Source of the DNA: an uncultured Thermoplasmatales archaeon
GTDB taxonomy: Archaea; Thermoplasmatota; Thermoplasmata; Thermoplasmatales; GCA-001856825
Direction: 5' to 3'
Length of the DNA: 54,950 nucleotides
Assembly (NCBI GenBank): GCA_964541025.1
Contig: CAZIOW010000004.1
Span: forward strand, 1 to 54,950
A program made the translations under genes and the position numbers. The notes beneath the pieces are model-generated. The model made no database searches, had not been told where the DNA came from, and was given only the letters and a program-made list of their open reading frames with translations. Below are positions 19,650 to 29,190 of this stretch, piece by piece. The number at the start of each line of letters is the position of its first letter. Position 1 is the first letter of the stretch.

Positions 19650-20579
19650 TTAATCCTTAAGTTCCTCCATTACCAGTGAGTTATGACCATCTAGTAGCAA
19701 TAGAATTGATTTGTCCTTATGCTCAAAAAGCAGAGACCATATTGGAATGTGCACAAGGTAAACATCAGAAATATCAACGTTCACCTCTGCTGAAAGGAAT
19801 CCATGTATTCTCTTCTGCAATCTCCGTATTTCCCATTGTTGAAGCCTAATTTTCCCTTCTACCCTTGCCTTTTCTTCTCCTATATATCCATTAAGAAGCT
19901 TAACTGGTCCAGATATGTCACCAGAGTTCAATTCCCTTTTTGCTGTAAGATTGAATATGTAATCCGGGGGCTGATACTGATTAAGGCTTTCCACAGCAAT
20001 GACGGGATATTTTACCTCTCCAACATCTGTTCCCGATTCCACTACTGTTTGGAAATTAACAGTTGGACCTGCAAATCCACCCCTTCCTCCCATTCCTACG
20101 CCTATGAACCCTCCCGGCTGTGCTTCTTCCCTTTTGAATCTATATTGCGCGGTGTAGCCTGCATCTATAATCCAGTAAGGAACATTCATGAGCTCTATTT
20201 TCTTAAGCGTGCTCTTTTCAAAGAGATGCTTGTGAAGTATACTCCTGTCAAGATAATTTCTCGCAACATTTTCTGCATCTTCCTTCATTTTAACCTTCAA
20301 GTCAAGTATAAAGTGTTTGTTTATTTTCGACCATCCGGCTGAGCCTAGAGAGACAGACGTTCCGCAATATTGACATACAACCATTGCCTCTCCAGGCTGA
20401 GGATTCAGGGGGGCTCCGCAGCTGGGACATTTCATATCTTTCAGGATCTGAACTTGCCCATCATCTGTAGGCTGCGCATTTCCTGCATTTGGCTGGACAC
20501 CCTGCTGCTGTGGTGCACCACATTTAGGGCAGAATAATGAATCGTCAGGAATTTGTGCTCCGCATTTTCTACAATACAA
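19650..20579 (-). CDS. Zinc-ribbon protein, YdjG-like
   Basis: CRKC..CPKC and CPSC..CQYC, plus VPYW and HIPIW motifs; TTG start abuts the SPFH gene stop. Confidence 0.7.
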   Translation of the reverse strand: MYCRKCGAQIPDDSLFCPKCGAPQQQGVQPNAGNAQPTDDGQVQILKDMKCPSCGAPLNPQPGEAMVVCQYCGTSVSLGSAGWSKINKHFILDLKVKMKEDAENVARNYLDRSILHKHLFEKSTLKKIELMNVPYWIIDAGYTAQYRFKREEAQPGGFIGVGMGGRGGFAGPTVNFQTVVESGTDVGEVKYPVIAVESLNQYQPPDYIFNLTAKRELNSGDISGPVKLLNGYIGEEKARVEGKIRLQQWEIRRLQKRIHGFLSAEVNVDISDVYLVHIPIWSLLFEHKDKSILLLLDGHNSLVMEELKD

Positions 20580-21740
20580 TTATATCACCTTCTCTCCGCA
20601 GTTTGGACAGAATTTAGCTCCAGCTGGTATATCTGTTCCACATTTGGGGCATTTCTGGACCAACGGTTTCCCGCATTCAGGACAGAATTTTGAATTTTTT
20701 GGTATGTCTTTGCCGCAGTAGGGGCATTTAATAGTCTCCCCAGAAGAAAAGTCATATCCACATTCTGGACAGAATTTGGCATTCTGGTCAACTGTGGCAC
20801 CGCACTTGGGACATTTTTTACCGCCCTGATTTTGCTGGGGTACCTGATTTATTCCCTGGGAGATATTTGACGCCATAGGATATGCCATGCCTGCACCAGC
20901 TCCTAACCCCATGCCTATTCCGACACCTGCTCCGGCTGCTCCAGAAGTATTTTTAGCTGCATCCACCATGGCCTGACCAGCCTGAAACTGGAGATAATTC
21001 ACTCCGAGTACCTGCATACTTGATCTGGCATCCACAGCCTTCTGGACTTCGTCCGGCAGTGAGATGTTAAGTCCAGAAATCTTGTTTATTTCAGTTCCAT
21101 ATTGGTCAAAAGATGATTTGGAATTTGCAAGAACTGCCTCCTCAATATTAATGAGATTTGATGGCAGATCAAGTACAGATATACCCTGATCTTTCATTTT
21201 CCCAAGTATGCTGTATATTAGAAGAACTACCTGCTCTCTTATTCTTTCCTCCACATCTGCACTTGTTTCTGCTGCAAATGTTCCAACAAACTGATTTATG
21301 AAAATTGATGGGTCAGAAATCCTGTACCGCATTTCCCCAAATATTCTCAACATGACAACGCCGAAATCCTTATCCCTGAAGGCGTATGGTTCTTTTGAAC
21401 CGAATTTTCCATCGAATATTCTTCTCTGAAGATAATAAACCTCAGCTTGCTGCTGAATACCTGTTAGAAGCTTTACTATTTCTCCCACTACTGGGGCATT
21501 AAGATCTGTCAGAGCATATCTCCCTGGTTTATCAAGATAAGCTATTGCTTTTCCGTCCCTGTAGAAAACTGCAGTTTCATCCTCTCTTACTACTATGTTG
21601 TCATTTAGTCTTATCAGTCTTGGAACTTTCCACATTATGTTTCCCTGCTTGAACTGATCCTCCCATTCCATTGTTATTGAGCCGAATACGCTTCCCCCTT
21701 TTGGAGGAATACCGTCAGGATTATTTTTCTTAAAAACCAT
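20580..21740 (-). CDS. SPFH/band-7 domain protein (YdjI-like) with three C-terminal zinc ribbons
   Basis: IVVREDETAVF..DGK..PGRY.L, FRD.DFG.V.LR.FG, ISLPDEVQKA.D, Gly-rich GAGVGIGMGLG, six CxxC. Confidence 0.88.
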   Translation of the reverse strand: MVFKKNNPDGIPPKGGSVFGSITMEWEDQFKQGNIMWKVPRLIRLNDNIVVREDETAVFYRDGKAIAYLDKPGRYALTDLNAPVVGEIVKLLTGIQQQAEVYYLQRRIFDGKFGSKEPYAFRDKDFGVVMLRIFGEMRYRISDPSIFINQFVGTFAAETSADVEERIREQVVLLIYSILGKMKDQGISVLDLPSNLINIEEAVLANSKSSFDQYGTEINKISGLNISLPDEVQKAVDARSSMQVLGVNYLQFQAGQAMVDAAKNTSGAAGAGVGIGMGLGAGAGMAYPMASNISQGINQVPQQNQGGKKCPKCGATVDQNAKFCPECGYDFSSGETIKCPYCGKDIPKNSKFCPECGKPLVQKCPKCGTDIPAGAKFCPNCGEKVI

Positions 21741-22262
21741 TTAAACCCCTCCGTAAAGCAACTTTTCCCTGGAGTCGTTTGACGCTTTAATATTGGATAA
21801 AGTGTTCATTAATTGGGTGATTGAATCTGCACTCACAGTACCATTCAATGAATCCTGATAAAATTTATTTGAAAGTTCATTCAAAGTCAATATATGCTGA
21901 AATATCTGCATATCAAGGTCGTATAACGAAGAGATTTTACTCGCATTTATCCTGATAGGTGCCGATATACCTGAATAACCTGCAGTATGATGCTTTATGT
22001 CCGCTGCCAGCATCTGCATTTCAGATCTTACCTTGGCCACTGATTCCAGAACCTTGAAATTAGCGTTTGAAACGAGATTAGATTCTCCATTCTTTATGAT
22101 ATCTATGATTGACAACATTTTTTTATAAAGTTCATCCTTAAGATATATATCCGCATCCCGAAGATCTTCATTTACCCTGTAACCATGATACCCCGGGAAA
22201 ATTAGCTGAAGCTTTTTAATTGTTCCCCTGTCATCTACAACTTGGTCCCTGATATCTGACAT
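21741..22262 (-). CDS. Hypothetical helical protein, first gene of the SPFH operon
   Basis: IFPGYHGYR..EDLRDAD and AGYSG motifs; 0-nt gap to the SPFH gene. Confidence 0.75.
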   Translation of the reverse strand: MSDIRDQVVDDRGTIKKLQLIFPGYHGYRVNEDLRDADIYLKDELYKKMLSIIDIIKNGESNLVSNANFKVLESVAKVRSEMQMLAADIKHHTAGYSGISAPIRINASKISSLYDLDMQIFQHILTLNELSNKFYQDSLNGTVSADSITQLMNTLSNIKASNDSREKLLYGGV

Positions 22263-22346
22263 TGTGTATGGAAATGTTTTTTATTTAAATATTTTCCCTA
22301 ATCTGACAATAGACAATATTTAACAACTTTCTGTTAATTCAGGTCT

Positions 22347-23684
22347 ATGAGAAACGAGGGGGAGAGTGGAGGAGAAATTTATAATGACCTAGCTTTAAAA
22401 AATTCGAAATATTTTCAGGGAAAAATACAAACTCTACCTAAGGTTCCTATCACGAGTCTCGATGATTTTTCCATATGGTATACGCCGGGTGTTGCGGCAG
22501 TATCCAACAAAATTGCTCAGGACAAAGATCTATCTTTTGAAATGACATGGAGATGGAATACAGTTGCAATCATAACAGACGGTACTCGAGTTCTCGGGCT
22601 TGGAAACATTGGTCCTGAAGCTTCCCTGCCAGTTATGGAGGGTAAGGCGCTTATATTCAAATATCTTGGTGGTGTAGATGCCATCCCCGTGCCTATAAAT
22701 GTTCATGAAAAGGAAAAAATGGTGGAAGTTGCTAGGGCACTTGAGCCTGCTTTTGGGGGAATAAATCTGGAAGATATAGAATCTCCAAAGTGCTTCTATC
22801 TCCTAGAAACGCTCAGAGAGAGCATGAATATCCCTGTGTGGCATGATGACCAGCTCGGGACTGCTGGTGCTACGCTGGCAGGCGCGTTCAACGCTTTGAA
22901 AATTACAGGAAGAACCCCAAAGGATACAAAAATTGTATTCTTTGGATCTGGTGCAGCAAATGTTGCTACAGTAAAATTATTCAAAGCTGCCGGTTTTGAC
23001 TTGAATAATATAATAATGGTAGATTCAAAGGGTATCCTACATCCAGAGAGGGAAGATATGGATAATCTCATGATCACAAATCCATGGAAGTATGACCTGG
23101 GGATACAAACAAATGCTGAGAGAATTAAGGGAAATATAGAAAATGCATTAGAAGGGGCTGACTTACTGGTAGCAGCTTCCCATCCTGGGCCTGGAGTTAT
23201 AAAAGGTGAATGGATAAGAAAAATGAATAAGAGGGCAATAGTTTTTGCGCTTGCGAATCCGGTACCAGAGATATGGCCCAGTGAGGCAAAGGAAAACGGA
23301 GCAGAGATAGTTGCAACTGGGAGATCTGACTTCCCCAATCAGGTAAATAATAGCCTGGTTTTCCCAGGAGTATTCAGAGGAAGTCTGGATTCAAGGACGA
23401 AGAAAATAAATGAAGACATGATTGTGAAGGCATCACAGGAGCTGGCTAATTTCGCGGCAGAAAAAGGACTTAATCCAAACTATATAATCCCAACAATGGA
23501 AGATTGGGAAGTTTTCCCCAGGGTTGCTGCAACAATCGCTGATAGTGCAGTCAAAGAGAATTTCGCAAGAATAAAATTGTCAAAGAATGAGTTTCTGGAA
23601 AGGGCAAGGGAAATTATATCCAAAAACAGGATGATGATAGAAAAACTCATGAAAGACGAATTAATAGAGGTGATGGTGAGATGA
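22347..23684 (+). CDS. NAD(P)-dependent malic enzyme
   Basis: YTPGVA, DGTRVLGLGNIGP, MEGKA, GGINLEDI, HDDQ, LANPVPEI, TGRSDFPNQVNN. Confidence 0.93.
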   Translation: MRNEGESGGEIYNDLALKNSKYFQGKIQTLPKVPITSLDDFSIWYTPGVAAVSNKIAQDKDLSFEMTWRWNTVAIITDGTRVLGLGNIGPEASLPVMEGKALIFKYLGGVDAIPVPINVHEKEKMVEVARALEPAFGGINLEDIESPKCFYLLETLRESMNIPVWHDDQLGTAGATLAGAFNALKITGRTPKDTKIVFFGSGAANVATVKLFKAAGFDLNNIIMVDSKGILHPEREDMDNLMITNPWKYDLGIQTNAERIKGNIENALEGADLLVAASHPGPGVIKGEWIRKMNKRAIVFALANPVPEIWPSEAKENGAEIVATGRSDFPNQVNNSLVFPGVFRGSLDSRTKKINEDMIVKASQELANFAAEKGLNPNYIIPTMEDWEVFPRVAATIADSAVKENFARIKLSKNEFLERAREIISKNRMMIEKLMKDELIEVMVR

Positions 23685-24157
23685 GTATGGAAATTAAGAT
23701 TAGGGAGATAAAGGAGGAAGATGTTAGAGAAGCGGCCAACTTGATTGTCAGATTAAAGAAATTCAATTCTGAACATGATCCACTTTTTTCATTGAGTGAG
23801 AAAGTTGACGAATCTGTAATATCATATCTTAAGAGTGCTATAAAACTTGAAACCAGAGACGCTATGATAGCGGAAAGTTCAAACAAAATAGTTGGTATTG
23901 TGATGGCAGACGTAAATGATAGGTTATTCTATGAACCCCTAAAAGAAGTAAGGATAACTGAATTATATGTTCTTCCAGAGTTCAGGAAAAGCGGATTGGG
24001 CAGGAAATTGATTGATGCAATAGTGGAGAAGGAGAAAAAGAAGGGTTGTTCAGTCCTCACAGTTGAGTTCCCAACTGAAAATCTGGTAGCTCACAAATTC
24101 TATACAGGGCTCGGAATGAGAAGCATAATATCTGTATACGGGAAGAAAATAAACTAA
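23681..24157 (+). CDS. GNAT family N-acetyltransferase
   Basis: LYVLPEFRKSGLGRKL motif A and N..A..FY. Confidence 0.9.
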   Translation: MSMEIKIREIKEEDVREAANLIVRLKKFNSEHDPLFSLSEKVDESVISYLKSAIKLETRDAMIAESSNKIVGIVMADVNDRLFYEPLKEVRITELYVLPEFRKSGLGRKLIDAIVEKEKKKGCSVLTVEFPTENLVAHKFYTGLGMRSIISVYGKKIN

Positions 24158-24159
24158 GT

Positions 24160-25110
24160 ATGAAAGCTATAGTAATAAGAGAGCCTGGCGGGCTCATAAA
24201 TACAAGGATAGAGGATATTGAGGAACCAAAAGATGGAATAATAATAAGGTTGGCATATGCAGGTCTAAATCCTGTTGACATCAACACAATTAAGGGGAAA
24301 ACGAATTATAAATTGAATCCCTACCCTCATATTCCAGGGGCAGAATTTGTTGGCACCATCAGTGACCCGGGAAAATCTACAAAATTCAAAAGAGGTGATA
24401 GGGTCATTATTTTCCCAAGAATATTCGATGGAACCTGCGATAGATGCATTGAGGGGAGAGAAGAGATATGCAGGAATGGTGGTATAATAGGCGTCACTTC
24501 TAATGGTGGATTTGCAGAGTATTTTTCTACAGATGAAGATCATCTGATAAAAATACCAGATGATATGTGTTTTGAGGATGCAGTATCTCTGCCGGTGGGA
24601 GGATTGACTTCCTATCACGCATTGAAGCTTGCGAACTTGAAGAAAGATGAAAGCATATTGGTCGTAGGGGCATCTGGTAATACTGGAGTGTATGGAGTGA
24701 TGATTGCAAAATATTTGGGGGCAAAGGTTTTCTACATTTCCAGAAAGGAGTGGCTTAAGGATCTAGGAGCACAGGAATGGAATGGGCAGAGGGTTGATGT
24801 TATTCTAAATTCACTCGGGTCTCAATTCTGGAATAAGTATATTGAATACATGGATACTGGTGGAAGACTGGTAACTTTCGGAACATTTACTGGGATTGAG
24901 GGCAAGCTCAACATTGCATATCTCTATACAGGCGAAAGATCAATAATTGGATCAACTGGTGGAACCAGAAAGGAAATGAAGGAACTGATTGAAATAGTGC
25001 ATAAAAATAAAATGAAGAGCAAAATATGGAAGATCTATAATTTAGAAGATTATGAAAATGCTATAGAAGAATATGACAAGAAAGATGGGCGGATCCTTTT
25101 AAGGTTGTAG
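24160..25110 (+). CDS. Medium-chain dehydrogenase/reductase (alcohol dehydrogenase-like)
   Basis: GroES-like domain with PGAEFVG, D..C..C...C structural lobe, GASGNTG Rossmann motif. Confidence 0.85.
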   Translation: MKAIVIREPGGLINTRIEDIEEPKDGIIIRLAYAGLNPVDINTIKGKTNYKLNPYPHIPGAEFVGTISDPGKSTKFKRGDRVIIFPRIFDGTCDRCIEGREEICRNGGIIGVTSNGGFAEYFSTDEDHLIKIPDDMCFEDAVSLPVGGLTSYHALKLANLKKDESILVVGASGNTGVYGVMIAKYLGAKVFYISRKEWLKDLGAQEWNGQRVDVILNSLGSQFWNKYIEYMDTGGRLVTFGTFTGIEGKLNIAYLYTGERSIIGSTGGTRKEMKELIEIVHKNKMKSKIWKIYNLEDYENAIEEYDKKDGRILLRL

Positions 25111-25134
25111 TATTTTATAATTTAATTGAAATGA

Positions 25135-25215
25135 CGCGGGGAGAGGGAATCGAACCCTCGATCCCATAGGGAAACGGCTTAGCAGGCCGTCGCCTTACCG
25201 CTCGGCTATCCCCGC
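25135..25215 (-). tRNA. tRNA-Ser (GCT)
   Basis: GCGGGGA acceptor stem, ACGGC-CT-GCT-AA-GCCGT anticodon arm, long variable arm, GGTTCGATTCC; no encoded CCA. Confidence 0.95.
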
Positions 25216-25377
25216 TTATATCTTGCTGAAACGATCAGACATTTCTGTGGCAAGTTGTTCCAGTATTTCCTCCAGTTCATCTCCTTCCAGTATCAATTCG
25301 TCTCCGTTTGGATTAGTAATTACCACCTTAAAAGATTCACCATCGTGATACACGTCAACTTCTGCCAACTTTTGCAT
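25216..25377 (-). CDS. Small acidic hypothetical protein, 53 aa (below ORF-track cutoff)
   Basis: MQKLAEVDVYHDGESFKVVITNPNGDELILEGDELEEILEQLATEMSDRFSKI*; AT-rich TATA-like tract about 25-35 nt upstream; stop abuts tRNA-Ser. Confidence 0.7.
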   Translation of the reverse strand: MQKLAEVDVYHDGESFKVVITNPNGDELILEGDELEEILEQLATEMSDRFSKI

Positions 25378-25491
25378 GTTTATCAGATGGTCATATCTAC
25401 TATTTATTAATTTTTTTGCTGTCGGTTAGAAAAAGTTCGTAGTTTTGACAATGACCAAAAGTTAATCATTAAATGATAGTCTTATTTTTCA

Positions 25492-26013
25492 ATGAACGAG
25501 GTAAATCCACGCGTAAGGGTACCGAAATATAAGGCAATCGCCACTTTTCTCAAGATACCACTGGAAGATGAAAAATTTGAGAACCTGGTTAAAATGATTA
25601 ATGAAAACAAAGAAGATGGAATCGTTATGATTAGAATTGGAGACAGGGATGTCTGTTCTCTGAAAATTGAAGGAAGGAAGATTTACATAAATGAGATAAT
25701 AGATGAGACAAGAAATGAGCTTGAAAATATGATACAGTTTCCAGTTAGCAACAGGGTGGCATTAAGATCAGTCATTATGAAATACATAGAGTCCATTCAG
25801 GAAGATATCATAGAGGATATTGATTTTATAGAGAAGGTCAAGGAAGGTAAAGAGGAAATTGATGAAGATAACCTAAAATTCATACTAAACATATGGGATC
25901 GATTCTGGGAAGTAAGAACAAGATTCCGCGGAGATTCAAATGATGGAATATACATAACAAAGGAGAGAGATGTATATGATGAAAATGATTTAAATACATT
26001 AAATGGTCATTAA
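25492..26013 (+). CDS. Hypothetical protein
   Basis: 173-aa ORF filling the gap between divergent and convergent neighbours; no recognisable motif. Confidence 0.7.
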   Translation: MNEVNPRVRVPKYKAIATFLKIPLEDEKFENLVKMINENKEDGIVMIRIGDRDVCSLKIEGRKIYINEIIDETRNELENMIQFPVSNRVALRSVIMKYIESIQEDIIEDIDFIEKVKEGKEEIDEDNLKFILNIWDRFWEVRTRFRGDSNDGIYITKERDVYDENDLNTLNGH

Positions 26014-27272
26014 TTCTTTTTTCTCATCTCCATAAGTAATTCCTGAGCAACATCTATCCTAATTGCCCTTCTCTTTACCATTTCTTCAGCAACCCTGTCT
26101 ATCTCACTTCCTGTGGCACCAGCCGATATAGCAACATTTCTCGCATGAAGTTCCATGTGGCCTTTCTGGATCCCTTCCATTGCAAGTGCCCTTATAGCTG
26201 CAAAGTTCTGTGCTAAACCAACTGACGCTAGTACATTAGAGAATTCCCTTGCCGACTCAACCTTTAAAATTTTCCTCATCAATTTTGCCTTCGGATGTGA
26301 AGCTGTAGCTCCTCCGACAATACCCACTGCCATCGGTATCTCAATTGAACCTACAAGATCTCCGTCCTCATTCTTTTCCCATTTTGTTAAAGATGTGTAA
26401 CCATTCATCGCAGCATAGGCGTGAGCTCCTGCCTCTATGGCTCTCCAGTCGTTCGCGGTGGCAAGTAATACTGCATCAATTCCATTCATTATACCTTTAT
26501 TGTGGGTTGTTGCCCTGTATGGGTCAAGAATAGCAAATTTATACGCTTCTATTATTCCATCAACTGCATCTTCCCCCCCAATTGTTTCCTTATCAAATAC
26601 AGCATATGATCTTGCTACCCTGTATGTTGCAAGATTGCTAAGTATCCTTAGCCTTACTTTCCCATTTGATATCTGGGATATATGAGGGGCAAGTGCCTCA
26701 GCCATTGTGTTTACTGCATTGGCGCCCATTGCATCCCTGACATCGACAAGAAGATGAACTACTATCATTGGCTCCTTTTCATCAAGCACCCTTACTTCTA
26801 CATCCTTAGCTCCTCCTCCAAGTTTCACAAGTACAGGATCCTGCTTATTGGCCAACTCAATCAATTCATTCTTCCTTTCTAAAATCCTGAACTTGGCTCC
26901 GAAAGGATCGCTCATCCCGCTCACCTCTATCTGACCGATCATTATGGGATCAGATGATACGGCCCTAAAACCCCCTTTCACTCTTGCCATCTTTGCAGCA
27001 TTGGAAGCTGCGGCTACGACGCTTGGCTCCTCTATGGCCATCGGAATAAGATAATCCTTGCCATTTATGAGAAAATTTACTGCTATTCCTATAGGTATTT
27101 CCATAACGCTTATGACATTTTCAATCATGTGGTCTGCTATATTCTCTCCAAGCCCGCCCATGTTTCTCAAAAGTGATATCTCTTCCTCGGAAAGGTCTGA
27201 GAATTTCTTGAGGAGCTCCCTTCTTTCCTCAAGGTTTAATTTATAAAATCCTGGTATGTTTGAGCCCGTCAT
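26010..27272 (-). CDS. Hydroxymethylglutaryl-CoA reductase, class II
   Basis: ENVI, PMAIEEPSVVAA, DAMGAN, RILSNL, THNKGIMNG, EGIQKGHMELH. Confidence 0.95.
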   Translation of the reverse strand: MTGSNIPGFYKLNLEERRELLKKFSDLSEEEISLLRNMGGLGENIADHMIENVISVMEIPIGIAVNFLINGKDYLIPMAIEEPSVVAAASNAAKMARVKGGFRAVSSDPIMIGQIEVSGMSDPFGAKFRILERKNELIELANKQDPVLVKLGGGAKDVEVRVLDEKEPMIVVHLLVDVRDAMGANAVNTMAEALAPHISQISNGKVRLRILSNLATYRVARSYAVFDKETIGGEDAVDGIIEAYKFAILDPYRATTHNKGIMNGIDAVLLATANDWRAIEAGAHAYAAMNGYTSLTKWEKNEDGDLVGSIEIPMAVGIVGGATASHPKAKLMRKILKVESAREFSNVLASVGLAQNFAAIRALAMEGIQKGHMELHARNVAISAGATGSEIDRVAEEMVKRRAIRIDVAQELLMEMRKKN

Positions 27273-27328
27273 ATTTTCATTATGAATGATTTGAATAAAG
27301 ATTTATCTAAAAATAATATAACAATAGA

Positions 27329-27814
27329 ATGATCTCTTCCACACCACTGATTGTTCACAAAAATGAAGATGATCCCAAGAAATGCACAGCGAGAAAATTG
27401 AAGAGGCTAAATCTTGCAGAATTTATAGGATTTATACCCAGAAGTGCCATTGTCCTTTATCCTGATTCAGAAGTAAGAATATCGAAAAGTGACATATCCT
27501 TCAGATATCTTCTTGCAATGGATGTTTCCTGGAAAAATATAGAAAGATATTCATTTGAGGGGTATCAGGTAAGATCTTTACCTTACCTTCTTGCAGCAAA
27601 CCCTGTAAATTATGGAAAACCTTACAAACTATCTACAGCAGAGGCCATTGCGGCTGCTTATTATATCATGGAGATGAAAGACATTTCCAAAAAAATACTT
27701 AGTGTTTTTTCCTGGGGAGTTCAGTTCTTTAATCTTAACAGAAATCCCCTGGAGGATTATTCTAAGGCAGGCAATTCAGACGAAATTAAGAAAATTGAGA
27801 TGGAATATATTTAG
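27329..27814 (+). CDS. tsr3: 16S rRNA aminocarboxypropyltransferase (DUF367)
   Basis: DDPKKCTARKL, DVSW, RSLPYLLAANPVNYGKPYKLSTAEA, FSWG. Confidence 0.92.
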   Translation: MISSTPLIVHKNEDDPKKCTARKLKRLNLAEFIGFIPRSAIVLYPDSEVRISKSDISFRYLLAMDVSWKNIERYSFEGYQVRSLPYLLAANPVNYGKPYKLSTAEAIAAAYYIMEMKDISKKILSVFSWGVQFFNLNRNPLEDYSKAGNSDEIKKIEMEYI

Positions 27815-29190
27815 GTCCATTCATTACCTTCCAATGTGGTTATACCTTTAGTATAATTTTTCAGTATATACATTAATTTATCTCTGAACTCTTCTGGAAT
27901 ATAATTTGAATCACAGTAATCCCTGCATTCATGGATTTTTTCTATGTGTTCATGAGACTTCCCGACTTTGCCATTGCTAAGTTTAAACATAGAATGTTCT
28001 TTCTCATCATCATCAAGTCTGTATAACCTTTGACTGTAATTATTTTTGAAATCCTCTATATCCTCATCCTTGTACTTAATAATTTTAGGATCTATAGAAT
28101 TTGCAAGGAGAAACAATAGAACTCCATTGCATTTGCTGCATTTCCCGCAGGGTACTATGCTGCTATTTTCATAATGACAGCTGTGGCAGGATCTTTGAAG
28201 CGCAGCAAGTTCTGGATATCTGTTGAATAGAATTCTTTCCTCAACATATCCTGAAATACCTCTGACTGCTGAGAAGAATACTGTGTTGAATTCCTTGATC
28301 CTGAAATATTCTGTTATTCTCTTGTCAAATTCCATCGTCTGATCGTATATACCATAAAAATGCCTTATACCGTATTCTGGTTTCATATTTCTGGGATCGT
28401 CAAACTCATCTCCTTTCATAACATAGGATATTTTCAACGATCGTATATATGGCAATATTGTGAATATGTACACCGGGAATATAAATAATTGAATTGGATA
28501 AGTATCAGACCACATTTTTAATGCTTTTTCATTCAATGCACTTACTTTTCTATTCATTTCCCTATAGAATCTGTCAACTGTCGTCCATGCTCTGGTGTTA
28601 TTGGGATCGTTATTTGCCATGTAATCGTAAGCAGTTTTAGCAGTTCTCCAGTGGCCTCCTGACTCATTTATGTATATTGGAATAACTTTCGAGCCTATTT
28701 CTTTCATTAACCCATAAGTCAGAAGACTCTCCTTTCCTCCGCTAGATAAAATAGCTACTGAACCTTCCCCTCTTATGGGTTTTTTGGCTTCTGAAAATTC
28801 GAATCTCATTACTGGGGTATATTCTGCATCTTTTTTATTGGGTTCTGTAGGCAGCAATTCTTTTTTAAAAAATTCTGGTCTCTTTATAAGCTTGTTAACA
28901 TATACTTCTGTACTATTAATTCTCATCATTTCTTCAAAGAAATTATAATCATCTTTGTCTATTGGAAAATCTGCCTCTATTTCCCCTGTGAAAAGTGAAT
29001 AATTTACCAGAGGCGCAAGTGAGATTAATCTTGCATCCTCTATTTCTATGTTCAATGGGCTTGAGTATTTAATCAATAAATCTTCTAAGTTACCATCTAC
29101 AACATATCTTATTCTTATCTTGTTGCCAGAAACCTCTGGTTCTTTTATTAGTATCCTATCTATTGATACGTATTTGCCAGCTCTACTCAA
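27811..29190 (-). CDS. Uncharacterised PP-loop ATPase with Cys cluster (MurL/QueC-like)
   Basis: ILSSGGKESLL (SGGxDS variant) and SCHSC...PCGKCSKC. Confidence 0.7.
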   Translation of the reverse strand: MSRAGKYVSIDRILIKEPEVSGNKIRIRYVVDGNLEDLLIKYSSPLNIEIEDARLISLAPLVNYSLFTGEIEADFPIDKDDYNFFEEMMRINSTEVYVNKLIKRPEFFKKELLPTEPNKKDAEYTPVMRFEFSEAKKPIRGEGSVAILSSGGKESLLTYGLMKEIGSKVIPIYINESGGHWRTAKTAYDYMANNDPNNTRAWTTVDRFYREMNRKVSALNEKALKMWSDTYPIQLFIFPVYIFTILPYIRSLKISYVMKGDEFDDPRNMKPEYGIRHFYGIYDQTMEFDKRITEYFRIKEFNTVFFSAVRGISGYVEERILFNRYPELAALQRSCHSCHYENSSIVPCGKCSKCNGVLLFLLANSIDPKIIKYKDEDIEDFKNNYSQRLYRLDDDEKEHSMFKLSNGKVGKSHEHIEKIHECRDYCDSNYIPEEFRDKLMYILKNYTKGITTLEGNEWT

